From positions 87,420,001-87,484,000 of the forward strand of contig NC_082720.1 of NCBI RefSeq assembly GCF_030144855.1: a stretch of DNA of 64,000 nucleotides, read 5' to 3'. A model generated the notes under the pieces. That model worked only from the letters and a program-made list of their open reading frames with translations. It had not been told where the DNA came from and did not search any database. The stretch's first letter is position 1, and the number at the start of each line of letters is the position of its first letter. Source of the DNA: Hypanus sabinus (Eukaryota). Below, piece after piece: positions 24,667 to 37,999 of the stretch. Both the position numbers and the translations under genes were made by a program.

Positions 24667-25111
24667 GTGAGACCCCACGACCAAATCACTGGATATGTTT
24701 AAAGCGGAGTTTCATGGGTTCTGGTTTGATCAGGTTGCAGGAGATCATGCAAGAGTCAGGTGAACGCAAACGGATGCAGTGGAAACTAAGTAATCGGATA
24801 GATTGAAACTGGAGATTGAGATGCTCTTGATTAGAGGGGGCATCACAGGTTACAGGGAGAAGGCAGAAGAATGGGGTTGAGAGGGATAATGGCGGAGAAG
24901 ACTCGATGGCTGAATGGTCTAATTTGCTCCTGTGTCTTATTGTCTAAGCTGCAGGTGTTCATTTCGTTGATCCACACCCTTATCGGAAATCTGAAATAAA
25001 AATAGAGGAAAGCTGGGTAATGCCGGAGACGCTGCGCAGGTTAGGCAGGATCTGCGGAAAGGAATACAGAGTCGATGTTTCGCGTCGAGACCCTTCAAAC
25101 AGGACCCCCCC

Positions 25112-25144
<33 letters not shown>

Positions 25145-25460
25145 TCAACCACCATTACTTCATAATTTTCGGTCAGTCATCCTGTGTCCAGACACTCCTC
25201 TGCCTAGCGTCACTTTATGGACATACAAGCTATCTTATGTATTTATATTTATTGTGTTTTTTATTGTGCTGCATCTGATCTGGAGTAACAATTGTTTCGT
25301 TCTCCATTACAATGTGTACTGGAAATTACTATAAACTGTTCTGAATTTGGAAAGGAATGGTTGGGGGGGGGGGGGGATGAAGAGAGATACCTGGTGTTTT
25401 AATATTCAGGAACAACTCTTCATTGTCTGAGCAAACAAAAAAGTTACTGAATGAACTCAG

Positions 25461-25692
25461 CAGGTCAGGCAGCGTCTGTGGAGAGGGAATAAACATTCAG
25501 GAGGTCAGGCAGCGTCTGTGGAGACAGGAATAAACATTCAGGAGGTCAGGCAGCATCTGTGGAGACAGGAATAAACATTCAGGAGGTCAGGCAGCGTCTG
25601 TGGAGACAGGAATAAACATTCAGGAGGTCAGGCAGCGTCTGTGGAGAGGGAATAAACATTCAGGAGGTCAGGCAGCGTCTGTGGAGACAGGA
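25461..25692. repeat. 40/41-bp tandem repeat, ~6 copies, derived from the Penelope terminal sequence
   Basis: Unit CAGGAGGTCAGGCAGCGTCTGTGGAGA[C/G]AGGAATAAACATT; compare 12096-12135. Confidence 0.9.
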
Positions 25693-25959
25693 ATAGTCAA
25701 CAGTCATCGGGTCGAAGGAACCAGATCTGAACCGTTTACCGTGGTTCACTCTCCGTAGATCTTGCTGAGCGTTTACAGAATTCTGTTTTTTTTCGTATTA
25801 TCTTTGAAAAGGTTCCTTAAGGTTGTCATAGCCGGGGGAGGTGGGGTATAGGGGACAAGCTCCCACTACCCATTAAATGCTCTCTGTTCACTTTGATGCA
25901 GGTAGCTAGTCATCCGTGGGTGGTCCCGAGTAACCCTTGAAAAGTACTCTCTATGAAAC

Positions 25960-26672
25960 ACTCAAACTCACTCACTCACTCACACTCGCTCACTCACTCA
26001 CACTCGCACACTCACTCTCACTCACTCACTCACTCACTCACTCACTCACTCACTCACTCACACTCGCTCACTCACTCACACTCGCACACTCTCACTCACT
26101 CACACTCGCACACTCTCACTCACTCACTCACTCACTCTCACTCACTCACTCACACTCGCACACTCTCACTCACTCACACTCGCACACTCTCACTCACTCA
26201 CACTCGCACACTCTCACTCACTCACTCACTCACTCTCACTCACTCACTCACTCACTCACACTCGCTCACTCACTCACACTCGCACACTCACTCTCACTCA
26301 CTCATTCACTCACTCACTCACTCACACTCGCACNNNNNNNNNNNNNNNNNNNNNNNNNNNNNNNNNNNNNNNNNNNNNNNNNNNNNNNNNNNNNNNNNNN
26401 NNNNNNNNNNNNNNNNNNNNNNNNNNNNNNNNNNNNNNNNNNNNNNNNNNNNNNNNNNNNNNNNNNNNNNNNNNNNNNNNNNNNNNNNNNNNNNNNNNNN
26501 NNNNNNNNNNNNNNNNNNNNNNNNNNNNNNNNNNNNNNNNNNNNNNNNNNNNNNNNNNNNNNNNNNNNNNNNNNNNNNNNNNNNNNNNNNNNNNNNNNNN
26601 NNNNNNNNNNNNNNNNNNNNNNNNNNNACTAACTCACTCACTCACTCACTCACACTCTCACTCACACTCGCA
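25960..26672. repeat. (CACT)n-type microsatellite containing an assembly gap (N at 26334-26627)
   Basis: Directly visible. Confidence 0.95.
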
Positions 26673-26785
26673 CGTTGAGATAACAAAAAGACGGAGGGGA
26701 ACCATAGATCGCCTTGTGTGCGTTGATGCATGCGACCATCTGACTCACATTCTGCGGGATAAAATTAGGCTGTTTCTGAGGGGAG

Positions 26786-26803
26786 AAATGGGAAGTGAAA
26801 GTT
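26786..26803 (+). promoter_or_regulatory. Ets-IRF composite element (EICE) GGAAGTGAAA in CD74 intron 1
   Basis: AAATGGGAAGTGAAAGT; the GGAAnnGAAA core is at 26791-26800, in non-TE sequence. Confidence 0.45.
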
Positions 26804-27774
26804 TCCGACGGACAAGGCGATCCGAGGGTTAGGTTGGGCTGGCAGCCAGATCCGGGTTAGTTGTTGTGCTCGGGTAGTACCGCCCGTTTGAATCCGAATG
26901 GAATACTTGTGAAATTTGTTGTTTTGCTGCTGCAGTACAGCGCAGTTCGTGATAATAAAAGCTATGAATTACTATAAGATATAAAAATAAATAAGTAATG
27001 CAAAAAGAGAGGAAAGTAGTGAGGTGGTGGTCATTGACCTGATTGCGGAGGGGAAGAAGCCGTTGCTGAGACGTTGAGTGAGTGTCTTCAGGCGACCTCG
27101 GGGAGACGAGTGCCCGTGGAGGAGCCGAATGAGTTTGCAGCCTTTTCTGATCCTGGGCAGTGGAATTCTGAAATATTCAGGAATGGCTCTGCATTGTCAG
27201 AGCATAGGGAAGTCAGCAAGTCAGGCAGCATCTATGGAGGGAGAGGGAGAAAGATTATAAAGTTCAAATCTATTGTCATTCAACACACCCATGTATACTG
27301 CCAAATAAAACAAGGACCCTCCGGACCAAAGAACACAACACTGTACATATCATTCACATAAAGTAACATTACCACAAATAAATTAACAAATAGTAAAATA
27401 TATTGCAGAAAATTGACAGTTAGCATAAGGTGCATTTACAACACAAGCTAAAAAGTAAACAGTAGAATGCTACCTGAGGTTTACATGCGATATAACATTA
27501 CTGGCGGTTTATACCTGATGAGATCTGGGTGGTGGTAGGGAGTTCAATAATCTGAGTCTGGGGGAAGAAGCTGTTTCCCATCTGAACAGGCTTTGTCCTA
27601 ATGCTGTGGTACCGGCTGCCTGTTGGTAGGGGGTCAAAGAGATTGTGGGACAAGTGGGGCAGATCATTGGCAATTCTAAGGACCCTGTTTACTTAGCACT
27701 CCTGATTAAATATCTCTGATGGGTGGAAGAGATTCACTTTATTTTCACACAAACTTTGTCAAAATACACAGACA

Positions 27775-28400
27775 ATTGTCATTTGCATTGATGATCAGCA
27801 CAGTCGAGGATGTGCTAGAGGCAGCCTGCGACTGTTACCACGGTTCTGTGTCAGCTCATGAACCCTAATCTGTACATCTTTGGAAACCGGGGCACCCGGA
27901 GGAAACCCACGCGGTCAGGGAGAGAACGTACAGACTCCCCGCCGCCAGTGACGGTAATTGAATCGAGTCACTGGTGCTGTAACAGCATTATGCTACTGTG
28001 CTGCCCCTAGTCGCTGTTTCAATGCCGATGAAGGCTCTCGACCCCAAAAGCTGACTCTCCATTTCCCTCCGCAGATGCCGCCCGACCTGCTGGGTTCCTC
28101 CGGCACTTTGAGAGTCACTCCGGGTTCCAGTGTCTTGTGTATCCAGAGCATGGTGCTGGTGGCATGGCAACCCAGTGGTTAGCATAGTGATAGCGCTAGT
28201 GACCTGGGTTCGATTCCCACTGCTGTTTGTAAGAAGCCTGTACATTCTCCCCATGACCGTGCAGTCCAAAGACCAGAAGGTTGGTTGTGGATAAGCTGGT
28301 GCTGGCAGAGTGGCTGCACCTGTGGGCACACCCTCAGACTGTGTTGGCCGTGGGTTTCACTGTGTGTTTTAATGTACGTGTGACAAGTAAAGCTAATCTT
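27775..28400. mobile_element. tRNA-derived V-type SINEs (minus copy ~27775-28010, plus copy ~28160-28400) flanking a Penelope-terminal fragment
   Basis: B box GGTTCGATTCCC and the V-domain-like GTACATTCTCCCC(A/G)TGACC; other copies at ~30940-31245, 32200-32470, 39718-39950, 39990-40120, 43320-43440 and 45845-46110. Confidence 0.75.
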
Positions 28401-28574
28401 CTAACCTTTTACCTTCCCCATTGACAGATGACTGTTCCCTGGGGGTGCAGTTGATTCTTTCAGCAGAGGAGAGTGAAACTCCGAAATCTGTTTGATTGAA
28501 CTTGCTGACCCACTCTCTCGTTTCATGTGTGTGCCCACAGGCTGTTCAGTTCTAAGCACTGAAACTCCCCCTCC

Positions 28575-29190
28575 CTTCTTTTTATAAACGTACAAAACTT
28601 TATAAAAATACAAAAGACATACAAAGGTTAGGGGTTACAACACACTTACTAAATTCAAATTAAAAAGCAGTTATTACCATCTCTAATACACTCAATTCCC
28701 CAGGGTGCCCACTGTTCACAGAAATCCCCCACTGAACCCAAAATGGCTGCAAGATTCCTCCCTAAGGACACCTAGGGACAAATGTCCAGAAAAAGGGCAG
28801 GCAGTCGGCCTGGGGCAGAGCCCTCAATAACCTGCTGCCTAGACCTACAAATAGCCATCTTGGACAGGCCAGAAACAAGCACATGTGGATGTCCTCTGAT
28901 CAATCCACCCCCTCCATACTGAGTGCCCATAACGAGGAGCGCGGGGCTGAGGTGCAGCCAGAATGTGAGAAGCAGCCCCCCTCAAACAGGGCCGGCAACC
29001 TCTCCCATACCATGAGCCCTCCTCACCACAGAATGGACAGGTGGACGGGGTATCAGTGAACCTGCTCAGGGATTTATTGCACAGTATTGCCCTTTGCAAC
29101 ACCGTCCACCCCCGGTCCCCAATGTACAGGGAGAAGACAGACTCCCAAAGGCCCCTGCATTGAGAGACTCCCAAAGGCCCCTGCATTGAG
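28575..29190 (-). mobile_element. Tx1/L1-type LINE 3' fragment
   Basis: Minus strand WTVLQRAILCNKSLSRFTDTPSTCPFCGEE (C-terminal Zn knuckle region) and later LAKMAICRSRQQVIEG; T-rich tail at ~28579; short tandem duplication at the truncation point (~29140-29195). Confidence 0.7.
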
Positions 29191-29584
29191 AGACTTCCGC
29201 TGGGGGCCTCCCCACTGCCTGATGGTAGTGGGATTAGGAGCGGAATTAGGCCATTTGGCCCATTGAGACTGCTCTGTCATTTCATCATGGCTGATCCATT
29301 TTCCCTCTCAGCCCCAGTCTCCTGCCTTCTCTCCGTAAGCCCTGACCAATCAGGGACCTATCAGCCTTCTGCTTTAAGTATACCCAATATTCGGCCTACA
29401 CGATCACCTGCGGCAACAAATTCGACAGACTCAGCAGTCTCTGGTACAGAAGCTCCTCCTGGTCTATACTACTGAACCATCAGGCTCCCGTGTTCACTCA
29501 CTTACTCTCTCTGTCTTGTTCTGGGCAGTTTCTAGAGTAGGTTACAACATTGTGGGCTGAAATACCTGTAAAATTTCTATATTC

Positions 29585-29845
29585 TATGTCTGCCCTGACT
29601 CTCTTTCTCTTTCTCTCTTTTGCTTTCACTCCTTTTTCTCTTTCTTTGTCTTGCTCTCTCTTTTTCCATCTCTTTCTATTTCTCTCTTTCTCTTTCACTG
29701 TTTCTTTCTTTCTCTGTATCTTTCTCTTTCTTTGTCTTTCTCTCTCTTTCTCCATCTCTTTCTATTTCTCTCTCTTTCTCTTTCACTCTCTCTTTCTCTT
29801 TCTCCCTCTTCCTCTTTCTCCCACTTTCTCTTTCTCTCTATTTCA
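29585..29845. repeat. Degenerate (CT/CTTT)n low-complexity tract
   Basis: Directly visible pyrimidine tract. Confidence 0.9.
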
Positions 29846-32800
29846 CAGTGTATATTTTTTCATTAATTCTAACATATTTTTTGTTCTGCTGTAAATCCCC
29901 ACAAGACAAAGAATCTCAGGGTTGTATATGATGACATCTACGTACTTTGATAATAAATTTACGTTGACCTTTGAACATCTTATGTTTAAAGGAAGTTAAA
30001 CTCTAAGAAAAATGTTGATTTATATTGTAACCCAATGTAGTATAGACATTAGAGACTTGCCTCTCAGCGGAAGAGTCAGGAGTTTGAGGTGAAGAGTATT
30101 TGAGTTAGAGGGGATCTGAGGAAGACTTTTTCCCCATAACAGAGGGTGTTCGAAAGTGAAGTTGAGTTTATTGCCATGTTCCAAAGTACAGAGAGGTACA
30201 AGTACAATGAAACACATTCTTTCTACAGTGCCACAGGCAAGTAGGTACAAACAACACACAGAATAGAAATGAAGCACAAATTATTTATTTATTTAAAGAT
30301 ACAGTGTGGAACAGGCTCTTCTGGTCCAATGAGACTCACTGCCCAGCGAATCACCGATTTAACCCACAGGGCAATGTACAATGGCCAATTAACCTACTAT
30401 CCGGTACTCCTTGGACTGTGGGAGGAATCTCACATGCTCATGGGAAGGACGTAAAACTTCTTCAGGACAATTGAACTCCAGACGCCCCGCACTAACCGCT
30501 GCTCCACCAAGTTATCCGAGACAGTGAAGAGAGAAGAAAATGACAGCGCAAAAACATCACAGTGGATGGGAGTGGAAGAGGTCGTCTCTGGTGTTCTGAG
30601 GGAGGGTGAGGGATGTGCAGGTCAATTTGTGAACCTGATTCATTCTGGCAAAGTAGCCATTCCTGAGCCTGGTGGTGTGGGACGTCAGGCTTCTCAAAGT
30701 CAAGGTAAATTTGTTATCCAAGTATGTGTATATCGCCATGTACAACCTCGAGATTCATTTTCTTTCAGGCATTTACAGGAAAATTAAGGAATACAACAGA
30801 TGTTATGAAAAAGTTTACCAACAAAAGATTGACAAACAACCTTTCAATGTGCAAAATGTGCAAAAGAATTTTGCAAAAGAAGGCAAACTGAGCAAGCTAA
30901 CATAATAAGAATTCTGTACCTCTTGTGTCTCACACAACGTTTCACCACAGCAGCACAGTCTGGTGTTAATACAGCTTGGGGCATCGGACTTCGGATTTCA
31001 ATCCTGGCATCCTCTCTAAGGAGTTTGTACGTCCTCCCCGTGGAATGCGTGAGTTTCCTCCGGGTGCTCCAGTTTCCTCCCACAGTCCAAACGTGTACCA
31101 GCTAGTAGGTTAATTGGTCATTGTTAATTGTAAAATGTGTATTTCACTTGAAAAGTCCTATCATAGATTATTGGTAGAGCACTGGAAAGTGGAATGAAGG
31201 TAGATGGGTGGCCAGCATGAAGACAATGGGCAGAAGGGTCTGTTACTATCATGGGTGACTCACTGTACCAACACACACCGTCTACCAGAGGTCACTGATG
31301 ATCCATGAGAAAAGAGAAAGACCAGTTTTTGACTTTGATCGACTTTCTGATTTCACCATTCTGGGGTCTGGTGTGTAGATTATTCCCCATACAGTTACCT
31401 GATCTAAGACACTGGTTTAATCTCCATTTCATAGGACATGGAGCATAAGGCATTGAACTTGTTCTACCTCAATGCATGGGGTAATAATCTGAACTTGCAC
31501 AGTATGCAAGACAAGATTTTCACGGTACCTCAGTGCACAGAACACTGAACAGTATAGCAAGTCCATGATGTTGTGCTGACCTTTTAGCCTACTCTAAGGT
31601 CAATCTAACTCTTCCCTCCCACATAGCCCTCCATGTGCCAATTTAACAGTTTCTTAAATGTCCCTAACGTATCTGCCTCTACCACACCCCTGGCAGGGTG
31701 TTCCACACACCCACCCCTATACTTTCCTCTAATTACCTTAAAATGATGCCCCCTAATATTTGCCATTTCTGCTCTGGGAAAAAGTCTTTGGGTGTCTAGA
31801 CAGACAGACAGACATAGCTTAGTGATCCCGAGGGAAATTGGGTTTCGTTGCAGCCACACCAACCAAGAATAGTGAAGAAATATAGCAATATAAAACCATA
31901 AATAATTAAGTAATAATAAGTTAATCATGCCAAGTGGAAGTAAGTCCAGGACCAGCCTATTGGCTCAGGGTGTCTGACACTCCGAGGGAGGAATTGTAAA
32001 GTTTGATGGCCACAGGTAGGAATGACTTCCTATGACGCTCAGTGTTACATCTCGGTGGAATGAGTGTCTATAACACTGATCTATGCCAGGTTGAGCAGCT
32101 TCTGTGGGGGAAAGAACTTTTGATGTTTTGGGTCGAAGCCCTACCTCAGGATTAATTTGCGATTAGTGCTGCTGTTGACTCCCAGCCAAGGTAGGGACAC
32201 TCAGAGTCACAGTGTAGCACTATTACAGTGCCAGTGTCCGGGATTCAATTCCACCCCCGGTCTGTAATGAGTTTGTACATACTCCCTGTGAGCGTGTTCA
32301 TTTCCTCCGGGTGCTCCGGTTTCCTCCCACACCCCAAAGATGTACTGGGTCGGGTCAGTACGTTGTGGGCATGCTATAGCACCACTTGCAGGCTGCCCCC
32401 AGCACATCCTCGGACCGTGCTGGTTGTTGACAAGCAATACAACTCACGGTGTGTGATAAATAAACTAATTTTAAATCTCTCTCTTTAGCACGTTGCCTTC
32501 CTCCCTCTAATTCCTTTGAAAGGTGGGTGCTGTAGCTGGTGAGGGGTGGGATGGGTTCCCCATCTGGTGGGGAACTGACACTCATTTTGAAAGGTGGGTG
32601 CTGTAGCTGGTGAGGGGTGGGATGGGTTCCCCATTTGGTGGGGAACTGAGACCTTGGACAGAGAGAAGTTAGCAAGGGTTTTTTAAGCTAATTGGAAGTT
32701 CCCTTCATTATTATTTGTCTTGCCAGCCAATGGAATTTTTCCTGAACAGTTTCAGGGAAATTCCCCCTGTTATAATCCAATATTAATTGACAACTGATCT

Positions 32801-33109
32801 CATTAGGAAACTCCCTTCTCTAAATCAGGGAGTCTTCCAGGACAATCACCTGTTATTTTTCTCCCTGTCTCTGCCTCTCTCTCTCTCTCTCTCTTACTCT
32901 GTGTCAGTCTCTTCCTCTCTGTCAATCGTTACCTTTCCATCAATCTCAAAGTCCCAATATTCCAGCTCTCAACTCTTGACTCGACCTGCACTGCTCTGGG
33001 ATGCAGGAGGAAAGTGGAGCGTGTGGCAAAAGCACATGCCGAGAAGCAGAACATGCAAAACGTACACAGACAGCGCTGGAAGTTGGGTGGTACCTCCTGT
33101 ATCCAATAC

Positions 33110-33475
33110 AGTGGCCGCTGAGCGTACATTCATGGTCTTCTGCCGCTGTAGCCCGTCCACTTCAAGGTCGACGTGTTGTGTGTTCAGAGATGCTCTTCTG
33201 CACACCACTGTTGTAATGTGAGGTTATTTGAGCTACTGTCAGCTTGAACCAGTCTGGCCATTCTCCTCTGATCTCTCTCATTTACAAGGCATTTCATATA
33301 CTCTCATGTGTGAAAATCCCAGGAGATCAGCAGTTTCTGAGATACTCAAACCACCCTGTCTGGCACCGGCAATTATTCCACTTAGGTCACCCTTTCTCCT
33401 GTTTCTGCTGTTTGTTGGGAACAGCTGAACCTCTTGACCATGTCTGCATGCTTTTATGCATCGAGTTGCCACCAC
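33110..33475 (-). mobile_element. Tc1/mariner-like transposon remnant
   Basis: Minus-strand GIIAGARQGGLSISETADLLGFSH is the paired-like HTH at the N terminus of Tc1 transposases. Confidence 0.8.
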
Positions 33476-33770
33476 ATTGGTGGAGAGGATCAGCAGCTTT
33501 AAATTCCTCATCAGTGTTAACATTTCGAGAGACCTGTCCTGGGCCTGGCACGTAAGGAAGCATTGCAACACCTCTACTTCCTTTGGAATTTGCAAAGATT
33601 CGACATGAAATCTAAAAAATTAACAAACTTATATAGCTGTGTAATGGAGAGTATATCGACAGGGTGTATCACAGCCTGGTATAGAAACAGCAATGCCTTT
33701 GAATTACAAAAAGTAGCGGATACGGCCCTCCCCACCATTGAGCACATCTGTACGGAGCGGTTCTCACTGG
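33475..33770 (+). mobile_element. Rex1/Babar LINE internal fragment
   Basis: VERISSFKFL...DLSW and LTNLYSCVMESISTGCITAWY motifs; compare the 56.2-56.7 kb copy. Confidence 0.7.
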
Positions 33771-34811
33771 CACATCCATTCAGCCCATCGAGTCTGCGCT
33801 AGCATCCCTCTTAATCCCGTTCACTGCCTCCCCCCCCCCCCCGTAATCTTTGACACTCTGACTAATCAAGAAACAACCAACCTCTGTTTCAAATACACCC
33901 AATGACTTGGCCTCTACAGCTGCCTATGGCAATGAATTCCAGATTCCCCACCCTCTGGTAAAATAAATTCCTCCTCATCTCTGTTCTAAAGGGATGTCCC
34001 TCTATTTTGAGGCCACACTCTCTGTTCTTAGACCCCCCACCAAAGAAAACATTCACTCTATCTCATCACCATCATTACGTGCCGTGTTGTACGACACAGG
34101 TGATCTATGACTATAATTGTTCTTGGCAAATTTTTATACAGAAGTGGCCTACCATTGTCTTTTTCTGGGCAGTGCCTTTACAAGACGGGTGAGCGAGCCC
34201 AGTATTCCAGAGATTGCCTGGTGTCAGTGGTCCACCACTGCTTCCATGGTTTCACCTGACCCTGATTGGGGGTGGGGGCGCTATGCAGGTGCTACACCTT
34301 GCCCAAGGTGACCTGCAGGCCAGTGCAGGCAAGGAGCGCCTCACACCTCCTTTGGTAGAGATGCATCTCCACCCTGACACCCAAAGGCATTTCGATATTT
34401 GATAGATTTCAATGAGAACCCCCCACCTCTCGTTCTTCTAAACTCCAGAGAGTACAGGCCCAGAGATATCAAGCGGTCCTCATGCATTAGCTGTTTCATT
34501 CTTATAAATCTCCTCTGGTCTCTCTCCAATGGCAGCACATCCTTTCTTAGATTAGGGCCCAATGGAGAAGGGGGGGTGGGGAATGGAATAAAGTATTGGA
34601 GTCACAGAGAATGTGCAGTGCAGGTAGATACAAAAGATGCAATAGCCACAACGAGGTAGATTGAGAGACCAAGAGTTCATGTTTAGTGTATGAGAACTCG
34701 TTCTGATAACAGCGGGGTAGACTCTGTCATCGAGTCTGTCGGAGAGGGACAGAATGTTGTGGGAGTTAATAGGACAGATACAATGGGATTGGGTAATTCC
34801 ACAAATGGAGT

Positions 34812-37800
34812 TATATACTTACTGCCCGTTATGCTGCTGGCATTGAGGGTTGCAATGAAGGTCTTGCGTCTGTCTGTTCTTTCCATCTTCTCTATTGTGC
34901 CCCAGCTGAGGTTCAGGGTCCTCATTTCTACCTCTGTGCTGTGGTGGCAGGTTGTCTTTGATCTCCAACCATTGAGGAGCCTAATGAAGCGATGAGGGAG
35001 TCGGCCTGTCTTCTCTTCACGTGCCCAATACATCGCCAACATTTCCTCATGATGACTGTGGCCATGTCCTCTTGCTGACACTGAAGGAGTAGGGTTGGTT
35101 GCAGATCTTTCTTGGCCAGAAAATATGGAGGACCTTCCGGAGACTCATGGTGGAGAATGACGACAGCTTAGCAAAATCGCTTTCTGTCATGTGCCAGCAT
35201 TCTGACCCGTACGAGAGTGGACAGAATAGCACTGACCCGTACGAGAGTGAGGACAGAACAGCACTGACCCGTACGAGAGTGAGGACAGAACAGCACTGAC
35301 CCGTACGAGAGTGGACAGAACAGCACTGACCCGTACGAGAGTGGACAGAATAGCACTGACCCGTACGAGAGTGAGGACAGAACAGCACTGACCCGTACGA
35401 GAGTGAGGACAGAACAGCACTGACCCGTACGAGAGTGGACAGAACAGCACTGACCCGTACGAGAGTGAGGACAGAACAGCACTGACCCGTACGAGAGTGG
35501 ACAGAACAGCACTGACCCGTACGAGAGTGAGGATAGAACAACACTGACCCGTACGAGAGTGGATAGAACAACACTGACCCGTACGAGAGTGAGGACAGAA
35601 CAGCACTGACCCGTACGAGAGTGAGGACAGAACAGCACTGACCCGTACGAGAGTGAGGACAGAACAGCACTGACCCGTACGAGAGTGGATAGAACAACAC
35701 TGACCTGTACGAGAGTGAGGACAGAACAGCACTGACCCGTACGAGAGTGAGGACAGAACAGCACTGACCCGTACGAGAGTGAGGACAGAACAGCACTGAC
35801 CCGTACGAGAGTGGATAGAACAACACTGACCCGTACGAGAGTGAGGACAGAACAGCACTAACCCGTACGAGAGTGAGGACAGAACAGCACTGACCCGTAC
35901 GAGAGTGAGGACAGAACAGCACTGACCCGTACGAGAGTGGACAGAACAGCACTGACCCGTACGAGAGTGAGGACAGAACAGCACTGACCCGTATGAGAGT
36001 GAGGACAGAACAGCACTGACCCGTACGAGAGTGGACAGAACAGCACTGACCCGTACGAGAGTGAGGACAGAACAGCACTGACCCGTACGAGAGTGAGGAC
36101 AGAACAGCACTGACCCGTATGAGAGTGGACAGAACAGCACTGACCCGTACGAGAGTGAGGACAGAACAGCACTGACCCGTACAAGAGTGAACAGAACAGC
36201 ACTGACCCGTACGAGAGTGAGGATAGAACAACACTGACCTGTACGAGAGTGAGGACAGAACAGCACTGACCCGTACGAGAGTGGATAGAACAACACTGAC
36301 CCGTACGAGAGTGAGGACAGAACAGCACTGACCCGTACGAGAGTGGACAGAACAGCACTGACCCGTACGAGAGTGAGGACAGAACAGCACTGACCCGTAC
36401 AAGAGTGAACAGAACAGCACTGACCCGTACGAGAGTGAGGACAGAACAGCACTGACCCGTACAAGAGTGAACAGAACAGCACTGACCCGTACGAGAGTGA
36501 GGACAGAACAGCACTGACCCGTACAAGAGTGAACAGAACAGCACTGACCCGTACGAGAGTGAGGACAGAACAGCACTGACCCGTACAAGAGTGAACAGAA
36601 CAGCACTGACCCGTACGAGAGTGGACAGAACAGCACTGACCCGTACGAGAGTGAGGACAGAACAGCACTGACCCGTACAAGAGTGAACAGAACAGCACTG
36701 ACCCGTACGAGAGTGAGGACAGAACAGCACTGACCCGTACAAGAGTGAGGACAGAACAGCACTGACCCGTACGAGAGTGGACAGAACAGCACTGACCCGT
36801 ACAAGAGTGAACAGAACAGCACTGACCCGTACAAGAGTGAACAGAACAGCACTGACCCGTACGAGAGTGAGGACAGAACAGCACTGACCCGTACAAGAGT
36901 GAGGACAGAACAGCACTGACCCGTACGAGAGTGGACAGAACAGCACTGACCCGTACGAGAGTGGATAGAACAACACTGACCCGTACGAGAGTGAGGACAG
37001 AACAGCACTGACCCGTACGAGAGTGGACAGAACAGCACTGACCCGTACGAGAGTGAGGACAGAACAGCACTGACCCGTACGAGAGTGAGGACAGAACAGC
37101 ACTGACCCGTACGAGAGTGGACAGAACAGCACTGACCCGTACGAGAGTGAGGACAGAACAGCACTGACCCGTACAAGAGTGAACAGAACAGCACTGACCC
37201 GTACAAGAGTGAACAGAACAGCACTGACCCGTACGAGAGTGAGGACAGAACAGCACTGACCCGTACAAGAGTGAGGACAGAACAGCACTGACCCGTACGA
37301 GAGTGGACAGAACAGCACTGACCCGTACGAGAGTGGATAGAACAGCACTGACCCGTACGAGAGTGAGGATAGAACAGCACTGACCCGTACGAGAGTGGAC
37401 AGAACAGCACTGACCCGTACGAGAGTGGACAGAACAGCACTGACCCGTACGAGAGTGAGGATAGAACAGCACTGACCCGTACGAGAGTGGACAGAACAGC
37501 ACTGACCCGTACGAGAGTGAGGATAGAACAGCACTGACCCGTACGAGAGTGAGGACAGAACAGCACTGACCCGTACGAGAGTGGACAGAACAGCACTGAC
37601 CCGTACGAGAGTGAGGATAGAACAGCACTGACCCGTACGAGAGTGGACAGAACAGCACTGACCCGTACGAGAGTGAGGACAGAACAGCACTGACCCGTAC
37701 GAGAGTGGACAGAACAGCATTGACCCGTACGAGAGTGGACAGAACAGCATTGACCCGTACGAGAGTGGACAGAACAGCATTGACCCGTACGAGAGTGGAC

Positions 37801-37880
37801 AGAACAGCACTGGATCAGCTTCACCTTGGTGTGGAAGCTGAACTTGGTTGATTCCCATATGTTGCTCATAAATCTGAAGA
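34812..37880 (-). mobile_element. RTE-clade LINE 3' fragment split by the 30/32-bp minisatellite
   Basis: Minus strand ...FSFHTKVKLIQ [array] YGSECWHMTESDFAKLSSF...KVLHIFWPRKI and EMRTLNLSWGTIEKM...LNASSITGSK*, typical of the RTE C terminus. Confidence 0.8.
35200..37812. repeat. 30/32-bp minisatellite (CACTGACCCGTACGAGAGTG[AG]GACAGAACAG), ~84 copies
   Basis: Directly visible; most units carry CGTACG. Confidence 0.98.
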
Positions 37881-37999
37881 TGTTAGTGAAATTCTATTAA
37901 TTCCACTAATTAATGCAACTTTTTTGGGTAGTTGAAGAGTCAAGTTTCAAAGCTGTGGGAACAGTTCAGTGAAGCTGAGTGAAAATAGTTTAATGTCAT

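Noticed and set aside
28160-28230. Possible tRNA genes (A/B-box heads here and at 30.9, 32.2, 39.7 and 45.9 kb)
   Set aside because: They have no cloverleaf or acceptor stem and each continues into SINE body sequence.
29498-29931. Hydrophobic (F/L/S) and charged (E/R/K) ORFs
   Set aside because: They are translations of a CT-rich low-complexity tract.
35200-37812. CRISPR-like appearance (~30-bp period with a short palindrome)
   Set aside because: There are no unique spacers, no cas genes, and the context is eukaryotic; it is a head-to-tail minisatellite. The same applies to the other arrays.
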